From Candidatus Marisimplicoccus sp. (GTDB lineage: Bacteria; Bacteroidota; Bacteroidia; Flavobacteriales; Flavobacteriaceae), in the NCBI GenBank assembly GCA_965655775.1, contig CBFHHV010000005.1, forward strand, positions 1,630 through 65,629: DNA of 64,000 nt, given 5' to 3'. Of the stretch, positions 18,469-28,463 are shown piece after piece. The position numbers and the translations under genes were made by a program. The notes under the pieces are model-generated. The model ran no database searches and was not told the DNA's origin. It worked only from the letters and a program-made list of their open reading frames with translations. Each line of letters begins with the position of its first letter. Position 1 is the stretch's first letter.

Positions 18469-19442
18469 ACTTAAAAAACAACTTTTTAATTATCTTATCC
18501 TGGATGCTTTTCATTTCATGTCAATCAGACAGCTCCAAAGCATATGTTCCGGAATCAAATGGCAATATTAATGCGTTAACTGTTGTAATGAATAATAGTT
18601 CATGGGAAGGAAGTCTTGGAAGCAACATCAAGGAATCTTTAATGGAGCCATACGAAGGACTGCCGTTTGACGAACCAAAATATGATTTGTATTATATACA
18701 GCCATCAATATTTAAAGGCTTTGCAAGAAGCAGTAGAAATATAATTGTCTTTAGAAAAGACACATCTGACCAAGGATTTAGATTAATCAAAAACTTATGG
18801 GCAAGACCTCAAATAACAGCTCTAATAACTGGTGAAGACGAGGAGGTAATGAATTTTTATTTCGACGAAAATAAAGATCTTCTATTAAGATCGATTTCTG
18901 AAAATGAAAGAATTGAAAAAATTCGTAGAATGAAAAAGTCTCTTAATGATGACCCTCAGCTTGAAGATCGTTTTGGAATTAACCTTACCTTTCCAGACGC
19001 ATACTCAACAGTTAAGGACACAACAAATTTTGTGTGGATTGAGAAGCAGGTAGTAAAAGGACATCTTAATATTATTGCTTATACCCTGCCACTTAATATC
19101 GATTTAAAAAAGATTGAAGAAAGAATACCTGCAATAAGAGATTCAATCGGAAAAATATATGTACCAGGAAGGGTTCCCGGCTCCTATATGATCACTGAAA
19201 GAGCATACCTTCCCTACTATTATAAAACAAAAGTTAATAATCTGGAGGCTATTCTAACAAAGGGTACTTGGGAGGTTCAAAATGATTTTATGGCAGGGCC
19301 TTACATCAATTATATTATAAAAGACACAATAAATAAAAGAAATATTGTTATTGAAGGTTTTTCGTTTGCACCATCAGAAAGCAAGAGAGACTATATGTTT
19401 GAATTAAACACTATTATAACAACAATGAAATTTGCTAAATAA
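18465..19442 (+). CDS. Conserved Bacteroidota lipoprotein (DUF4837-like, function unknown)
   Basis: Signal peptide plus lipobox (MLFISC). ATGA overlap with pgk. The family assignment is from memory only. Confidence 0.6.
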   Translation: MNLKNNFLIILSWMLFISCQSDSSKAYVPESNGNINALTVVMNNSSWEGSLGSNIKESLMEPYEGLPFDEPKYDLYYIQPSIFKGFARSSRNIIVFRKDTSDQGFRLIKNLWARPQITALITGEDEEVMNFYFDENKDLLLRSISENERIEKIRRMKKSLNDDPQLEDRFGINLTFPDAYSTVKDTTNFVWIEKQVVKGHLNIIAYTLPLNIDLKKIEERIPAIRDSIGKIYVPGRVPGSYMITERAYLPYYYKTKVNNLEAILTKGTWEVQNDFMAGPYINYIIKDTINKRNIVIEGFSFAPSESKRDYMFELNTIITTMKFAK

Positions 19443-19447
19443 AGTTA

Positions 19448-19600
19448 TTATTCCTTTGAATCTTCGTCTTCTTCTTTAGTAGCTTTTTTAAATTCCTTTA
19501 TACCACTACCAAGTCCTCTCATGAGTTCAGGAATCTTTCTACCACCAAACAGTAAAAGAACAACGATAATTATTAAAATAATTTGAGGTCCACCTATCAT
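19448..19600 (-). CDS. tatA: Twin-arginine translocase TatA/TatE subunit (50 aa, absent from the ORF track)
   Basis: Hand translation gives [50 protein letters not shown]. That is the canonical TatA layout: TM helix, FGG hinge, amphipathic helix and acidic tail. Confidence 0.8.
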   Translation of the reverse strand: MIGGPQIILIIIVVLLLFGGRKIPELMRGLGSGIKEFKKATKEEDEDSKE

Positions 19601-19632
19601 ATTTGAAAATTTATTGAACTAAGTTCTTTATA

Positions 19633-19640
19633 CAAATTTA
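19633..19640 (-). promoter_or_regulatory. -7 promoter box (TAAATTTG) for tatA
   Basis: The reverse complement of caaattta. It lies 32 nt upstream of the tatA ATG. Confidence 0.35.
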
Positions 19641-19701
19641 CTGAATTATTTTTTGTAATGTGAATTTATTAATCATATAATAACTTATGCTTAACTATAC
19701 A

Positions 19702-19709
19702 TATATTTG
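19702..19709 (+). promoter_or_regulatory. -7 promoter box (TATATTTG) for the M23-GH3-GT-purD operon
   Basis: Exact TAnnTTTG match ending 5 nt before the ATG at 19715. Confidence 0.45.
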
Positions 19710-19714
19710 CATTA

Positions 19715-20572
19715 ATGCCTAAAAAGAAAAAATATACTCTGCTAGACAAACTTTCCGAGAGGTTTCATATACTTTTAGTAAATGAAAAAACACTTGAAAG
19801 AAAGAAGCTCCTGTCTTCATCATCACTTAATTTGATTGCATCTTCCTTTATTGCATTTCTAGTTGTTTTGTCCGCTTCTTTTTTACTAATATACTTTACC
19901 CCTCTCAAGGAATATTTTAGAGGGTATACCAGTGTTGAGTTAAGGCAGAACGCAGTTGAGAACTCAATGAAACTTGATTCATTGGAAAGTCTTTACATTA
20001 TGCAAAGCAATTATATCAACTCACTCAAAGATTTATTATCCGGAAATATTTCATATGAAGAGTTAGATGAAAACCTAAGTAGTAATGATAACAGGATTAC
20101 TGAGTTGGAGATTGTAGAGACAAATCAGGAGGACTCGTTGTTAAGAGCAATGGTTGAGGAGGAAGACAAGTATAATGCATTTGATATTCAAGGAGAGAGA
20201 TTTACAACTGTACTTTTCCCACCAGTTAAAGGGGGCCTTTCATCAGCATTTGATATAAACAGCAAGCATTATGGAGTAGATATCGTTATGCCCGTGAACT
20301 CTCCTGTTCATTCTATTAGTGAAGGAATTGTTGTATTCTCTGAATGGACTTCAGCAACAGGATTTGTAATTATAATTGAACATTTAAATGGCTTAACATC
20401 AATTTATAAGCATAATTCATCTATTGTTAAAAGTCAAGGAGACACGGTTGGAACGGGAGAAATAATTGCCTTTACGGGAAATACTGGTGAGTTAACAACA
20501 GGCCCTCATCTTCATTTCGAATTATGGTATCAAGGGGAGCCAGTTGACCCTCAAAGCTATATTGAGTTTTAA
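19715..20572 (+). CDS. M23 family metallopeptidase (catalytically intact LytM domain), membrane anchored
   Basis: N-terminal TM segment. HxxxD (HYGVDIV) and HxH (GPHLHFE) zinc motifs are both present. Confidence 0.85.
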   Translation: MPKKKKYTLLDKLSERFHILLVNEKTLERKKLLSSSSLNLIASSFIAFLVVLSASFLLIYFTPLKEYFRGYTSVELRQNAVENSMKLDSLESLYIMQSNYINSLKDLLSGNISYEELDENLSSNDNRITELEIVETNQEDSLLRAMVEEEDKYNAFDIQGERFTTVLFPPVKGGLSSAFDINSKHYGVDIVMPVNSPVHSISEGIVVFSEWTSATGFVIIIEHLNGLTSIYKHNSSIVKSQGDTVGTGEIIAFTGNTGELTTGPHLHFELWYQGEPVDPQSYIEF

Positions 20573-22066
20573 ATGAAAACCTTAATAACAATACTCTTTG
20601 CTAGACTAGTAAAAAAAAGAAATAATAAATGGATTACGAATCCACTAAAATTTCAAGCTGAAACTTTTAACAAATTATTAAAAAAAGCAAATAACACCGA
20701 GTTTGGAAAGGATCACAATTTTTCTAGTATAAAAAATTATAATGATTTCCAAAATCAAGTTCCAATTAGAGACTATGAGGCTTTAAAACCTTATGTTGAC
20801 AGAGTTGTTGCAGGAGAAAAAAATATCTTATGGCCAGGCCAACCTCTTTATTTTGCTAAAACAAGCGGAACTACATCAGGCGCAAAATATATACCAATAA
20901 CAAAAGAATCAATTCGAACACATATTAATTCAGCTCGAGATGCACTTTTAAATTATTTTTTAAAAACAAAAAACTATAGTCCAATAAACGGAAAACATAT
21001 GTTTTTACAAGGTAGTCCTAAGCTAGACAAAAAAAATGGTGTTTTTATTGGGAGACTATCAGGTATTAGCGCTCATTACATCCCAAAACTTTTTTTAAAT
21101 AATAGAAAGCCCTCCTGGAACACAAATTGTATTGAGGATTGGGAGAAAAAAGTTGACACTATAATTAAGGAAACGGTTGGAGAAAAAATGACAATTATTG
21201 CAGGAATACCCTCATGGGTGCAAATGTATTTCGAAAAGATAGTTTCTAATGAAAACAAAACAATAAAGGAAGTCTTTCCTGAGTTGTCTTTATATGTGTA
21301 CGGGGGGGTAAGTTTTGATCCTTACAAGTCAACGTTTGATAAATTATTTGGAAAAAAGATCGACACATTAGCAACTTTTCCAGCATCAGAGGGTTTTTTT
21401 GGCTATCAAGATAACTTTAATGATGACAAAACAGACTTGTTATTATTATTGAACAACGATATATTTTATGAATTCATTCAAGCTGAAGATTTCTTAAAAG
21501 GGGAATATGAAAGAATCACATTAAAAGACGTTCAAGTCAATGTTAATTACTTACTAATTATATCTACTTCTGCAGGTCTTTGGGGTTATAATATTGGAGA
21601 TACTGTAAAATTTACCTCAACCAAACCATATAGATTAATCGTGTCAGGAAGAATTAAACATTTTTTATCAGCATTTGGAGAACATGTTATTTCAGAAGAG
21701 GTGGAAAAGTCAATGAAGGTTGCGACAAATAATCATAATGTGACAATAAGAGAGTTTACAGTTGCACCCAATATAAATCCAAAAGAGGGACTTCCCTGCC
21801 ATGAGTGGTATGTAGAGTTTGAAACTCAGCCAGAGGATATAAAGACCTTCTCAAAAACTTTAGAGACAGAGATGCTAAATCAAAACATTTATTACAAAGA
21901 CCTAATTCATGGAGGAATAATAAAACCCTTAGAGGTGATTTCAGTTAAAAAAGGAGGGTTTAATGATTATATGAAATCAGTTGGAAGGCTAGGAGGGCAA
22001 AATAAAGTTCCTAGGCTGTCAAATGACAGAAAAATCGCTGATAAACTAAATTCTCTTAACTCTTGA
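20573..22066 (+). CDS. GH3 (auxin-responsive promoter) family adenylate-forming protein
   Basis: YFAKTSGTTSGAKYIPIT and the N-terminal FGKDHNF...IRDYEALKPYV pattern typical of bacterial GH3-domain proteins. Immediately follows the M23 stop. Confidence 0.8.
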   Translation: MKTLITILFARLVKKRNNKWITNPLKFQAETFNKLLKKANNTEFGKDHNFSSIKNYNDFQNQVPIRDYEALKPYVDRVVAGEKNILWPGQPLYFAKTSGTTSGAKYIPITKESIRTHINSARDALLNYFLKTKNYSPINGKHMFLQGSPKLDKKNGVFIGRLSGISAHYIPKLFLNNRKPSWNTNCIEDWEKKVDTIIKETVGEKMTIIAGIPSWVQMYFEKIVSNENKTIKEVFPELSLYVYGGVSFDPYKSTFDKLFGKKIDTLATFPASEGFFGYQDNFNDDKTDLLLLLNNDIFYEFIQAEDFLKGEYERITLKDVQVNVNYLLIISTSAGLWGYNIGDTVKFTSTKPYRLIVSGRIKHFLSAFGEHVISEEVEKSMKVATNNHNVTIREFTVAPNINPKEGLPCHEWYVEFETQPEDIKTFSKTLETEMLNQNIYYKDLIHGGIIKPLEVISVKKGGFNDYMKSVGRLGGQNKVPRLSNDRKIADKLNSLNS

Positions 22067-23109
22067 AAAAGAATGCAACCATAGTCTATTCAATTAAAAG
22101 AAGTTTTGTTAAATCTGACATTTCAATTTTAGAGGCGCTAGACTATAATGTTTTTCAGATACAATCCACACCAAAGAAAACAATAGCATCGTTTATAATA
22201 AACAGGATAAAAGAAAAAATAAAGTCAATTTTTTATATTTCTAGGTCGAAAATAGTGATTATCTGGTTTAACGATTATCATGCGTTTATTCCGATTCTTT
22301 TTTCAAAGCTTTTTTTAAAAAAATCTGTTATTGTTGTAGGAGGATATGACGCTATAGTAGATGAGCAGAACAGGCATGGTCTATTCTTTAAAAAAGGGAT
22401 TAGATCTAAGTTGGCAAAAATCAACTACAGTTTAGCTAGTGAAATCTGGGTAGTTCATAAATCTTTGGAAAAAGGATGTCGCTATGCTAAAGAGAAGTTT
22501 AATATAGTATCAGGAGTTAAGAGTTTTTTAGATACTAAAAAGCTTATAATTAAGGAAATCAATACAGGCTATGATACCAGGTTTTGGAACTATGATACGA
22601 ACAATGAAAAGACTGGGGTATTGACAGCTGCCTTTTTTTCAGATGAAAGAGTTATAAATATTAAGGGTTTAAAAATTTTCAACAAGTTAGCATCCTTAAT
22701 TCCACATATCTCTTTTACAATTGTTGGCGAAACAAAAATTCAAATTGAGGATTTCATAGATTTAAGTCCTAACATTGATGTAATTGGAGTTCAGACTAAA
22801 ATCCAAATGAAAGACCTTTATCAAAAACATAAATTTTATTTTCAGGGATCACGATTAGAGGGACTACCAAATTCAGTTTGTGAAGCTATGTTATGTGGTT
22901 GCCTTCCGATTGGCTCAAGAGTTTTTGGAATTCCAGATATAATTGGAAATACAGGAATTTTATTTGACACTGAAACAGATTTAGCACTCGTTAAAGACTT
23001 TATGTTATCAGAGCTAGGAGAAAAAGAGTCAAAACGCGCAAGAAATAGGATAATATCACACTTTGATATATCAAGGCGTACAGAAAAAATAAAAGAAAAT
23101 ATTGATTAA
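22063..23109 (+). CDS. Glycosyltransferase family 4 (GT-B fold)
   Basis: C-terminal EGLPNSVCEAMLCGCLPIGSRVFGIPDII (EX7E-type region). TTG start overlapping the upstream stop. Confidence 0.8.
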   Translation: MKKNATIVYSIKRSFVKSDISILEALDYNVFQIQSTPKKTIASFIINRIKEKIKSIFYISRSKIVIIWFNDYHAFIPILFSKLFLKKSVIVVGGYDAIVDEQNRHGLFFKKGIRSKLAKINYSLASEIWVVHKSLEKGCRYAKEKFNIVSGVKSFLDTKKLIIKEINTGYDTRFWNYDTNNEKTGVLTAAFFSDERVINIKGLKIFNKLASLIPHISFTIVGETKIQIEDFIDLSPNIDVIGVQTKIQMKDLYQKHKFYFQGSRLEGLPNSVCEAMLCGCLPIGSRVFGIPDIIGNTGILFDTETDLALVKDFMLSELGEKESKRARNRIISHFDISRRTEKIKENID

Positions 23110-24041
23110 TGGAAATAGGGGTATTAGGCTTTAGTAAATCCAAAAATATAGGAGACTATATTCAAACAAAAGCTGTTATTGATATTTTAAATAAGCAAAA
23201 CATTAAAATCCTAGAAAGAGAAAAGCTTAACAATTATAATGGACCGCCACTAAAAACAATAATTAATGGTTGGTTTATGGAGAATCCAAAGAATTGGCCA
23301 CCAAACAATAATATCAATCCATTATTTATATCTTTTCATATCAACCCCTCAATAGTAAAGACATTTATTAACCATAAATCGATCGAGTATTTTAAAAAAC
23401 ACGAACCAATAGGATGTCGAGATTATTACACAAGGGATCTATTGGTTACAAATGGAATTAACGCCTATTTTTCATCATGTGTGACACTAGGGATAGAAAG
23501 AGAAAAATATCTTAAAAGACAAACACCAGGGGGTGTGCTTGTAATAGGAGCTTTTGACAGGCTTAAACCATATTTAGATTATAAATCTCCATTAAAATTT
23601 CTATTGTCTTTAATTAAATACCCTTTAAGAATTTTAAATTATAAAATAAAGCTGCAAAAATTTAATAGACATTTATACAAGCAAAAATTTGAAATAAAAA
23701 GTTATTCTCAAATAACTAAAAATTCAATTAATTCTCATTCTGAGGGGATAGCTCTGGCAGAAGAGATGCTTAATAAAATTGCTGAAAGTGATATAATAAT
23801 TACATCCAGAATTCATGCTGCCTTGCCAGCCTTAGCAATGGGTTTGAAGGTTATATTTATTGATGAGGGATTAGATCACACAAACCACAAGATGAGATTA
23901 TCTGGCCTAAAACATTATTTTAAGACAGTACACTTTAAGGACTTTTTTATGATTAATTTAGAGGATGTTAAGAATATGGAAAACCATAATAACTACATCC
24001 AAAATATAAAGCAAACAATTAACAAATTTAAAACTCAATGA
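23109..24041 (+). CDS. Polysaccharide pyruvyl transferase family protein
   Basis: The C-terminal SRIHAALPALAMGLKVIFI pattern resembles the WcaK/CsaB family. TAATG overlap with the GT4 gene. Confidence 0.65.
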   Translation: MEIGVLGFSKSKNIGDYIQTKAVIDILNKQNIKILEREKLNNYNGPPLKTIINGWFMENPKNWPPNNNINPLFISFHINPSIVKTFINHKSIEYFKKHEPIGCRDYYTRDLLVTNGINAYFSSCVTLGIEREKYLKRQTPGGVLVIGAFDRLKPYLDYKSPLKFLLSLIKYPLRILNYKIKLQKFNRHLYKQKFEIKSYSQITKNSINSHSEGIALAEEMLNKIAESDIIITSRIHAALPALAMGLKVIFIDEGLDHTNHKMRLSGLKHYFKTVHFKDFFMINLEDVKNMENHNNYIQNIKQTINKFKTQ

Positions 24042-25312
24042 ACATTCTAGTTATAGGCTCTGGCGGGCGAGAACATGCAATAATAACGAGTATTTCAAAA
24101 AGCGATAAATGTTCAAAAATTTATGCACTTCCAGGAAATGGAGGAACTGAGTTATTAGCAGAAAATATTGACGGAGATGTAAATGATTTTAAGTTTATTA
24201 AGAAAATCACATTAGAGCATAAAATCTCATTGGTGTTTGTTGGCCCAGAGGATCCAATAGTTAATGGTATCTATGACTTCTTTAAATCTAATATTGAACT
24301 CAAGGATATAAAGATTATTGCCCCAAGTAAACAGGCGGGGCTTCTTGAAGGCAGTAAAGATTTTGCTAAAGATTTCATGGAAAAGTATAATATACCAACA
24401 GCAAAACATAAAACTTTTTCTGTTGACAATATAAATCAGGCAGACAATTTTTTAGAGAGTATGAACCCACCATATGTTTTAAAGGCAGATGGTTTAGCTG
24501 CAGGAAAAGGAGTTTTAATATTAAAAGATCTAAACGAGGCAAAATCAGAGTTACGAAATATGATTTTAGATAGAAAATTTGGGGATTCATCTACTAAAGT
24601 AGTAATTGAGGAATTTCTTAATGGTATTGAACTTTCATGCTTTGTATTAACAGATGGTGAAAATTATAAAGTTCTACCTTTTGCTAAAGACTATAAAAAG
24701 ATAGGAGAAGGGGACAAGGGATTAAACACTGGCGGAATGGGCGCTGTTTCTCCAGTCCCTTTTCTTGATGATAAATTTTTATCTAAGATTCAAAATAAAA
24801 TAATTAAACCAACAATTGAAGGTATTGTCAAGGAAAAGATGAAGTATAACGGCTTTGTTTTTATAGGACTAATAAAAGTTAACGATGAGCCATATGTTAT
24901 TGAATATAATGTAAGGATGGGAGATCCAGAGACAGAGGTTGTATTCCCTAGATTGAAAAACGATCTACTTGAACTTTTTGATTCAATGGGGACGTCCAAA
25001 TTCAAGGATATAAAATTAAAAATTAGTGAGAACCATGCTGCAACAGTTATATTAGTTTCAGGGGGTTATCCAGAGTCATATGAGAAAGGAAAAACTATAG
25101 AGGGCTTAAAAGACTTATCCGAAGTGTCTGTGTTTCATGCAGGAACTAAAAAAAAGAGTGATTCTTTTATAACGAGCGGCGGGAGAGTCTTAGCAATAAC
25201 ATCAATGGGAAATAATTTTGAATTAGCTCTTAAAAACTCGTACAATCAAATTAATAAAATAAAATTTGATGGGATGAATTACAGAAAGGATATTGGTTTT
25301 GACTTACTTTAG
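24038..25312 (+). CDS. purD: Phosphoribosylamine--glycine ligase
   Basis: MNILVIGSGGREHA, an ATP-grasp core and NVRMGDPETEV. ATGA overlap with the upstream gene. Confidence 0.95.
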   Translation: MNILVIGSGGREHAIITSISKSDKCSKIYALPGNGGTELLAENIDGDVNDFKFIKKITLEHKISLVFVGPEDPIVNGIYDFFKSNIELKDIKIIAPSKQAGLLEGSKDFAKDFMEKYNIPTAKHKTFSVDNINQADNFLESMNPPYVLKADGLAAGKGVLILKDLNEAKSELRNMILDRKFGDSSTKVVIEEFLNGIELSCFVLTDGENYKVLPFAKDYKKIGEGDKGLNTGGMGAVSPVPFLDDKFLSKIQNKIIKPTIEGIVKEKMKYNGFVFIGLIKVNDEPYVIEYNVRMGDPETEVVFPRLKNDLLELFDSMGTSKFKDIKLKISENHAATVILVSGGYPESYEKGKTIEGLKDLSEVSVFHAGTKKKSDSFITSGGRVLAITSMGNNFELALKNSYNQINKIKFDGMNYRKDIGFDLL

Positions 25313-25537
25313 AAAAGAATGAGAAGTAATATCATTGTTTTCCTCATCATTGTCATCAAACTCTTTCAATTTCTTCAGCCAATAAGCAGCACCTGCTATT
25401 CCGATTAATATAAAAGACCAACTTACAATATTTGCAAGATACCAACTGTCAAGCTGAATGGTTCTTAGAAGATCAAAGGGGAAGAAAAGAACTTCTTTGA
25501 AAAGCCAAGAAAGAGAGTAGAAAAAATCTTTAACCAT
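25304..25537 (-). CDS. Small membrane protein (function unknown)
   Basis: 77 aa with one clear TM helix (IVSWSFILIGIAGAAYWL) and an acidic C-terminal tail. Converges on and overlaps the purD end by 9 nt. Confidence 0.55.
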   Translation of the reverse strand: MVKDFFYSLSWLFKEVLFFPFDLLRTIQLDSWYLANIVSWSFILIGIAGAAYWLKKLKEFDDNDEENNDITSHSFLK

Positions 25538-25573
25538 GATTAAATTTATTGAACAAAATTAATACATTGAAGT

Positions 25574-26521
25574 ATGATTGCAAAGGTATTTCAAAAATTT
25601 TCTTTTACTTCAGCAGGAACCTCCTCATTGCTTCTATTAGTAGTTACATATTATTACTTAACACTTGAAATAAAATGGTCTTTTGTAGAATCAAAAATTT
25701 TAAATGGAGTATTAATATACGGAGCATTAATGTTTTCAAACTATGCCATTGATACAGTAACTAGACAGCTTACACTTGAAAGGTCAAACAGGAATGCATA
25801 CCATTTATTATTGTACCCATTAGTTGTTATTTGTTATCCAATTGAATCGGTCGATTTAAAATTTATATTATCGTCAACTGCTATATGGGCAGCATGGAGA
25901 AACATGAGAATATTTTTAGAGCTAACAAACAATACAAAAAGAATTAAAAGATTATTTGATGCAATGGTTCTCCTAAGCCTTTCCTCTTTGATAATTTTGG
26001 ATAACCTAATTATTTTTTTCTACCCTTTACTAGTTTTACTTACAACAAATATTAAGAGAGATTTAAAACATTTTATAATACTTTTTGTGACGCCACTTAT
26101 TATTTTACCCACAGCACATGTGCTTTTATCTTTTTTATCATTAGATGTTTATTTATTTAGTTCATACTTTTTTGCAGATCAATCTCAAGTGATAGAAGAG
26201 CACAACTTTAATCTAACATATTCTTATGTCCCAATATTTATTGTGTTTGTCTTATATGTAATTTCAGTTATAATTAAATTCATAATAACCTACAGCTTGA
26301 CAAGAAGAATTCTTGATATTGTAGGTGTATTGTTTATTGTATTAACTTCCTTATTCTTTTCCATGGATCATCAACTCAGTGGTTCAGAGTTTCATTATCT
26401 ATCCCTACCTCTTGTTTATATGATATCTCAAATTTTTGTAAAAAAAATAAAGAGTTTATATGTAAACTTTATCTTTGTATTGTTGCTTGCATCGATAGTA
26501 ACTTTTAAATTTTTAATATGA
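25574..26521 (+). CDS. Polytopic inner-membrane protein (function unknown)
   Basis: 315 aa that is almost entirely hydrophobic, with about 9 predicted TM segments by eye. First gene of an overlapping three-gene unit. Confidence 0.6.
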   Translation: MIAKVFQKFSFTSAGTSSLLLLVVTYYYLTLEIKWSFVESKILNGVLIYGALMFSNYAIDTVTRQLTLERSNRNAYHLLLYPLVVICYPIESVDLKFILSSTAIWAAWRNMRIFLELTNNTKRIKRLFDAMVLLSLSSLIILDNLIIFFYPLLVLLTTNIKRDLKHFIILFVTPLIILPTAHVLLSFLSLDVYLFSSYFFADQSQVIEEHNFNLTYSYVPIFIVFVLYVISVIIKFIITYSLTRRILDIVGVLFIVLTSLFFSMDHQLSGSEFHYLSLPLVYMISQIFVKKIKSLYVNFIFVLLLASIVTFKFLI

Positions 26522-27147
26522 CAAAAACCGCAATAAGCTCACTTGCCATCAAAGTATTTGAAAAATCTGTAGATGATTATCATGTTCACGATGATATTAA
26601 CAGAGCAGCTTCTAATCCATATGAGAAAAACGATTTTGAACATTTGCTATATGAAAAGAATTGGATTGATACTGTTCAGTGGCACTATGAAGATATTATA
26701 AGAGACCCAGATATAAACCCTCAGGAGGGTATGAAGCTCAAGAGACTTATTGACAGTTCTAACCAAAATAGAACGGAGATGGTTGAATACATAGACTCCT
26801 ATTTTTTAAAATTATATTCTAATGTCAATCCAAAAACTGATGCAAAAGTAAATACTGAAAGTCCTGCCTGGGCTTTAGACAGGCTATCTATATTAATTTT
26901 AAAAATATATCATATGAAAGAGGAGTCCGAAAGAGAAGATGTTTCACATGATCATAGAAATAATTGTCAAAAAAAACTGGATGTTCTAATTGAACAGCGA
27001 GAAGATCTTTCAGAATCAATAGATCAATTATTAATCGATTTATCAACAGGCGACAAGAAAATGAGAGTTTATAAGCAAATGAAAATGTATAATGATGAAT
27101 CATTGAACCCTGTTTTGTATAAAAAAGATGATTCAGCAAAAGGATAA
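26518..27147 (+). CDS. Soluble conserved protein (DUF4254-like, function unknown)
   Basis: 209 aa and hydrophilic. ATGA overlap upstream and a 20-nt overlap with the GT9 gene downstream. The family assignment is from memory only. Confidence 0.55.
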   Translation: MTKTAISSLAIKVFEKSVDDYHVHDDINRAASNPYEKNDFEHLLYEKNWIDTVQWHYEDIIRDPDINPQEGMKLKRLIDSSNQNRTEMVEYIDSYFLKLYSNVNPKTDAKVNTESPAWALDRLSILILKIYHMKEESEREDVSHDHRNNCQKKLDVLIEQREDLSESIDQLLIDLSTGDKKMRVYKQMKMYNDESLNPVLYKKDDSAKG

Positions 27148-28195
27148 ATCTGTTTTAGTTTATAGGTTCTCTGCTCTAGGTGATATAGCCATGATAATAC
27201 CGGTATTAAGATCTTTTTTTAAAACTTATCCAGATCAAAAAATAATATTTGTTTCAAGAAATTATGCAAAGCCACTTTTTGAGGAATTTGATAATTTAGA
27301 ATTTATTGGCGTAGATTTTGATGACAAATACAGTGGCATAAAAGGGTTAATAAGGCTATTTAAAATACTAAGAAAAAAAAATGTCAAGTCAATTGCAGAC
27401 CTGCATAATGTTTTAAGAACAAAAGTTCTAAATTTTTTGTTCAAACTATCTTTAAAAAAAGTTCAGTCTATTGACAAGGGAAGAGCGGATCGTAAAAAGT
27501 TAACACGGAAAAAAAATAAAATATTTAAACCCTTAACACCAATTCAATACAGGTATTGTGATGTTTTTAGAAGATTAGGGTTTCCAGTTGATTTAGTTAA
27601 TCATGAGTATCCAGTAAAACCATATTTACACAATAATACTGAAGAACAAAAACTTCTTTCTTTTAGCGAAAACAAAAAGATTATAGGCATTGCTCCTTTT
27701 GCATCATTTGAGGGAAAAAGTTACCCCCTCGACCTAATGCAAAATGTAATTGCATATCTTCAAAAGAATTACAGCGTCTATCTTTTTGGAGGCGGAGAAA
27801 ATGAGTTAAAACAAATAGAAATCTGGGATAAAGCATACGAAAATGTTTATGATGTTTCAAAGCGATTCAGTTTATCTCAACAAATAAACATTATTAATTA
27901 TATTGATCTTATGATTTCAATGGACTCAGCAAATGGTCATCTTGCAGCTAATTGTGGAATTCCAGTATTGACAATATGGGGAATGACACACCCATTTTGC
28001 GGATTTACACCATTTGACCAACCTACAGAAAATTCACTAATGATTGACAGGAATTTATATCCAGAAATTCCAACCTCAATATTTGGTAATAAAATTCCAA
28101 AAGGCTATGAGAGTGCTTTTAGATCTATTGAACCAAAAGAAATAATAGAGAGAGCATTAAATATGCTAGAGGATACTATACCTCATCATAATTAA
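27128..28195 (+). CDS. Glycosyltransferase family 9 (LPS heptosyltransferase-like)
   Basis: VLVYRFSALGDIAM (the family N-terminal hallmark) and MDSANGHLAANCGIPVLTIWG. Confidence 0.8.
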   Translation: MIQQKDKSVLVYRFSALGDIAMIIPVLRSFFKTYPDQKIIFVSRNYAKPLFEEFDNLEFIGVDFDDKYSGIKGLIRLFKILRKKNVKSIADLHNVLRTKVLNFLFKLSLKKVQSIDKGRADRKKLTRKKNKIFKPLTPIQYRYCDVFRRLGFPVDLVNHEYPVKPYLHNNTEEQKLLSFSENKKIIGIAPFASFEGKSYPLDLMQNVIAYLQKNYSVYLFGGGENELKQIEIWDKAYENVYDVSKRFSLSQQINIINYIDLMISMDSANGHLAANCGIPVLTIWGMTHPFCGFTPFDQPTENSLMIDRNLYPEIPTSIFGNKIPKGYESAFRSIEPKEIIERALNMLEDTIPHHN

Positions 28196-28463
28196 CTTCA
28201 ACCTCATCAGAAGTTGGCCTTGCCTGGCAAGTCAATATATATCCATCTTCAACTTCATCATCTGTAAGAATCTGATTGTTATCCATTTCTACAGACCCTT
28301 TACTTAACTTAGCTAAACATGTGCTGCAGATTCCACCCTGACATGAATAAGGAGCGTCAATATCATTTTCAAGAGCAAGATCTAGAATAGTTTTATCATC
28401 TACCATTTCTAGACTATATTCCACATCATCACAAATAATTTTAATTCTTTTTGACATATACAC
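28176..28463 (-). CDS. Plant-type [2Fe-2S] ferredoxin
   Basis: 95 aa with Cys ligand spacing CQGGICSTC...C. Confidence 0.85.
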   Translation of the reverse strand: MYMSKRIKIICDDVEYSLEMVDDKTILDLALENDIDAPYSCQGGICSTCLAKLSKGSVEMDNNQILTDDEVEDGYILTCQARPTSDEVEVNYDEV

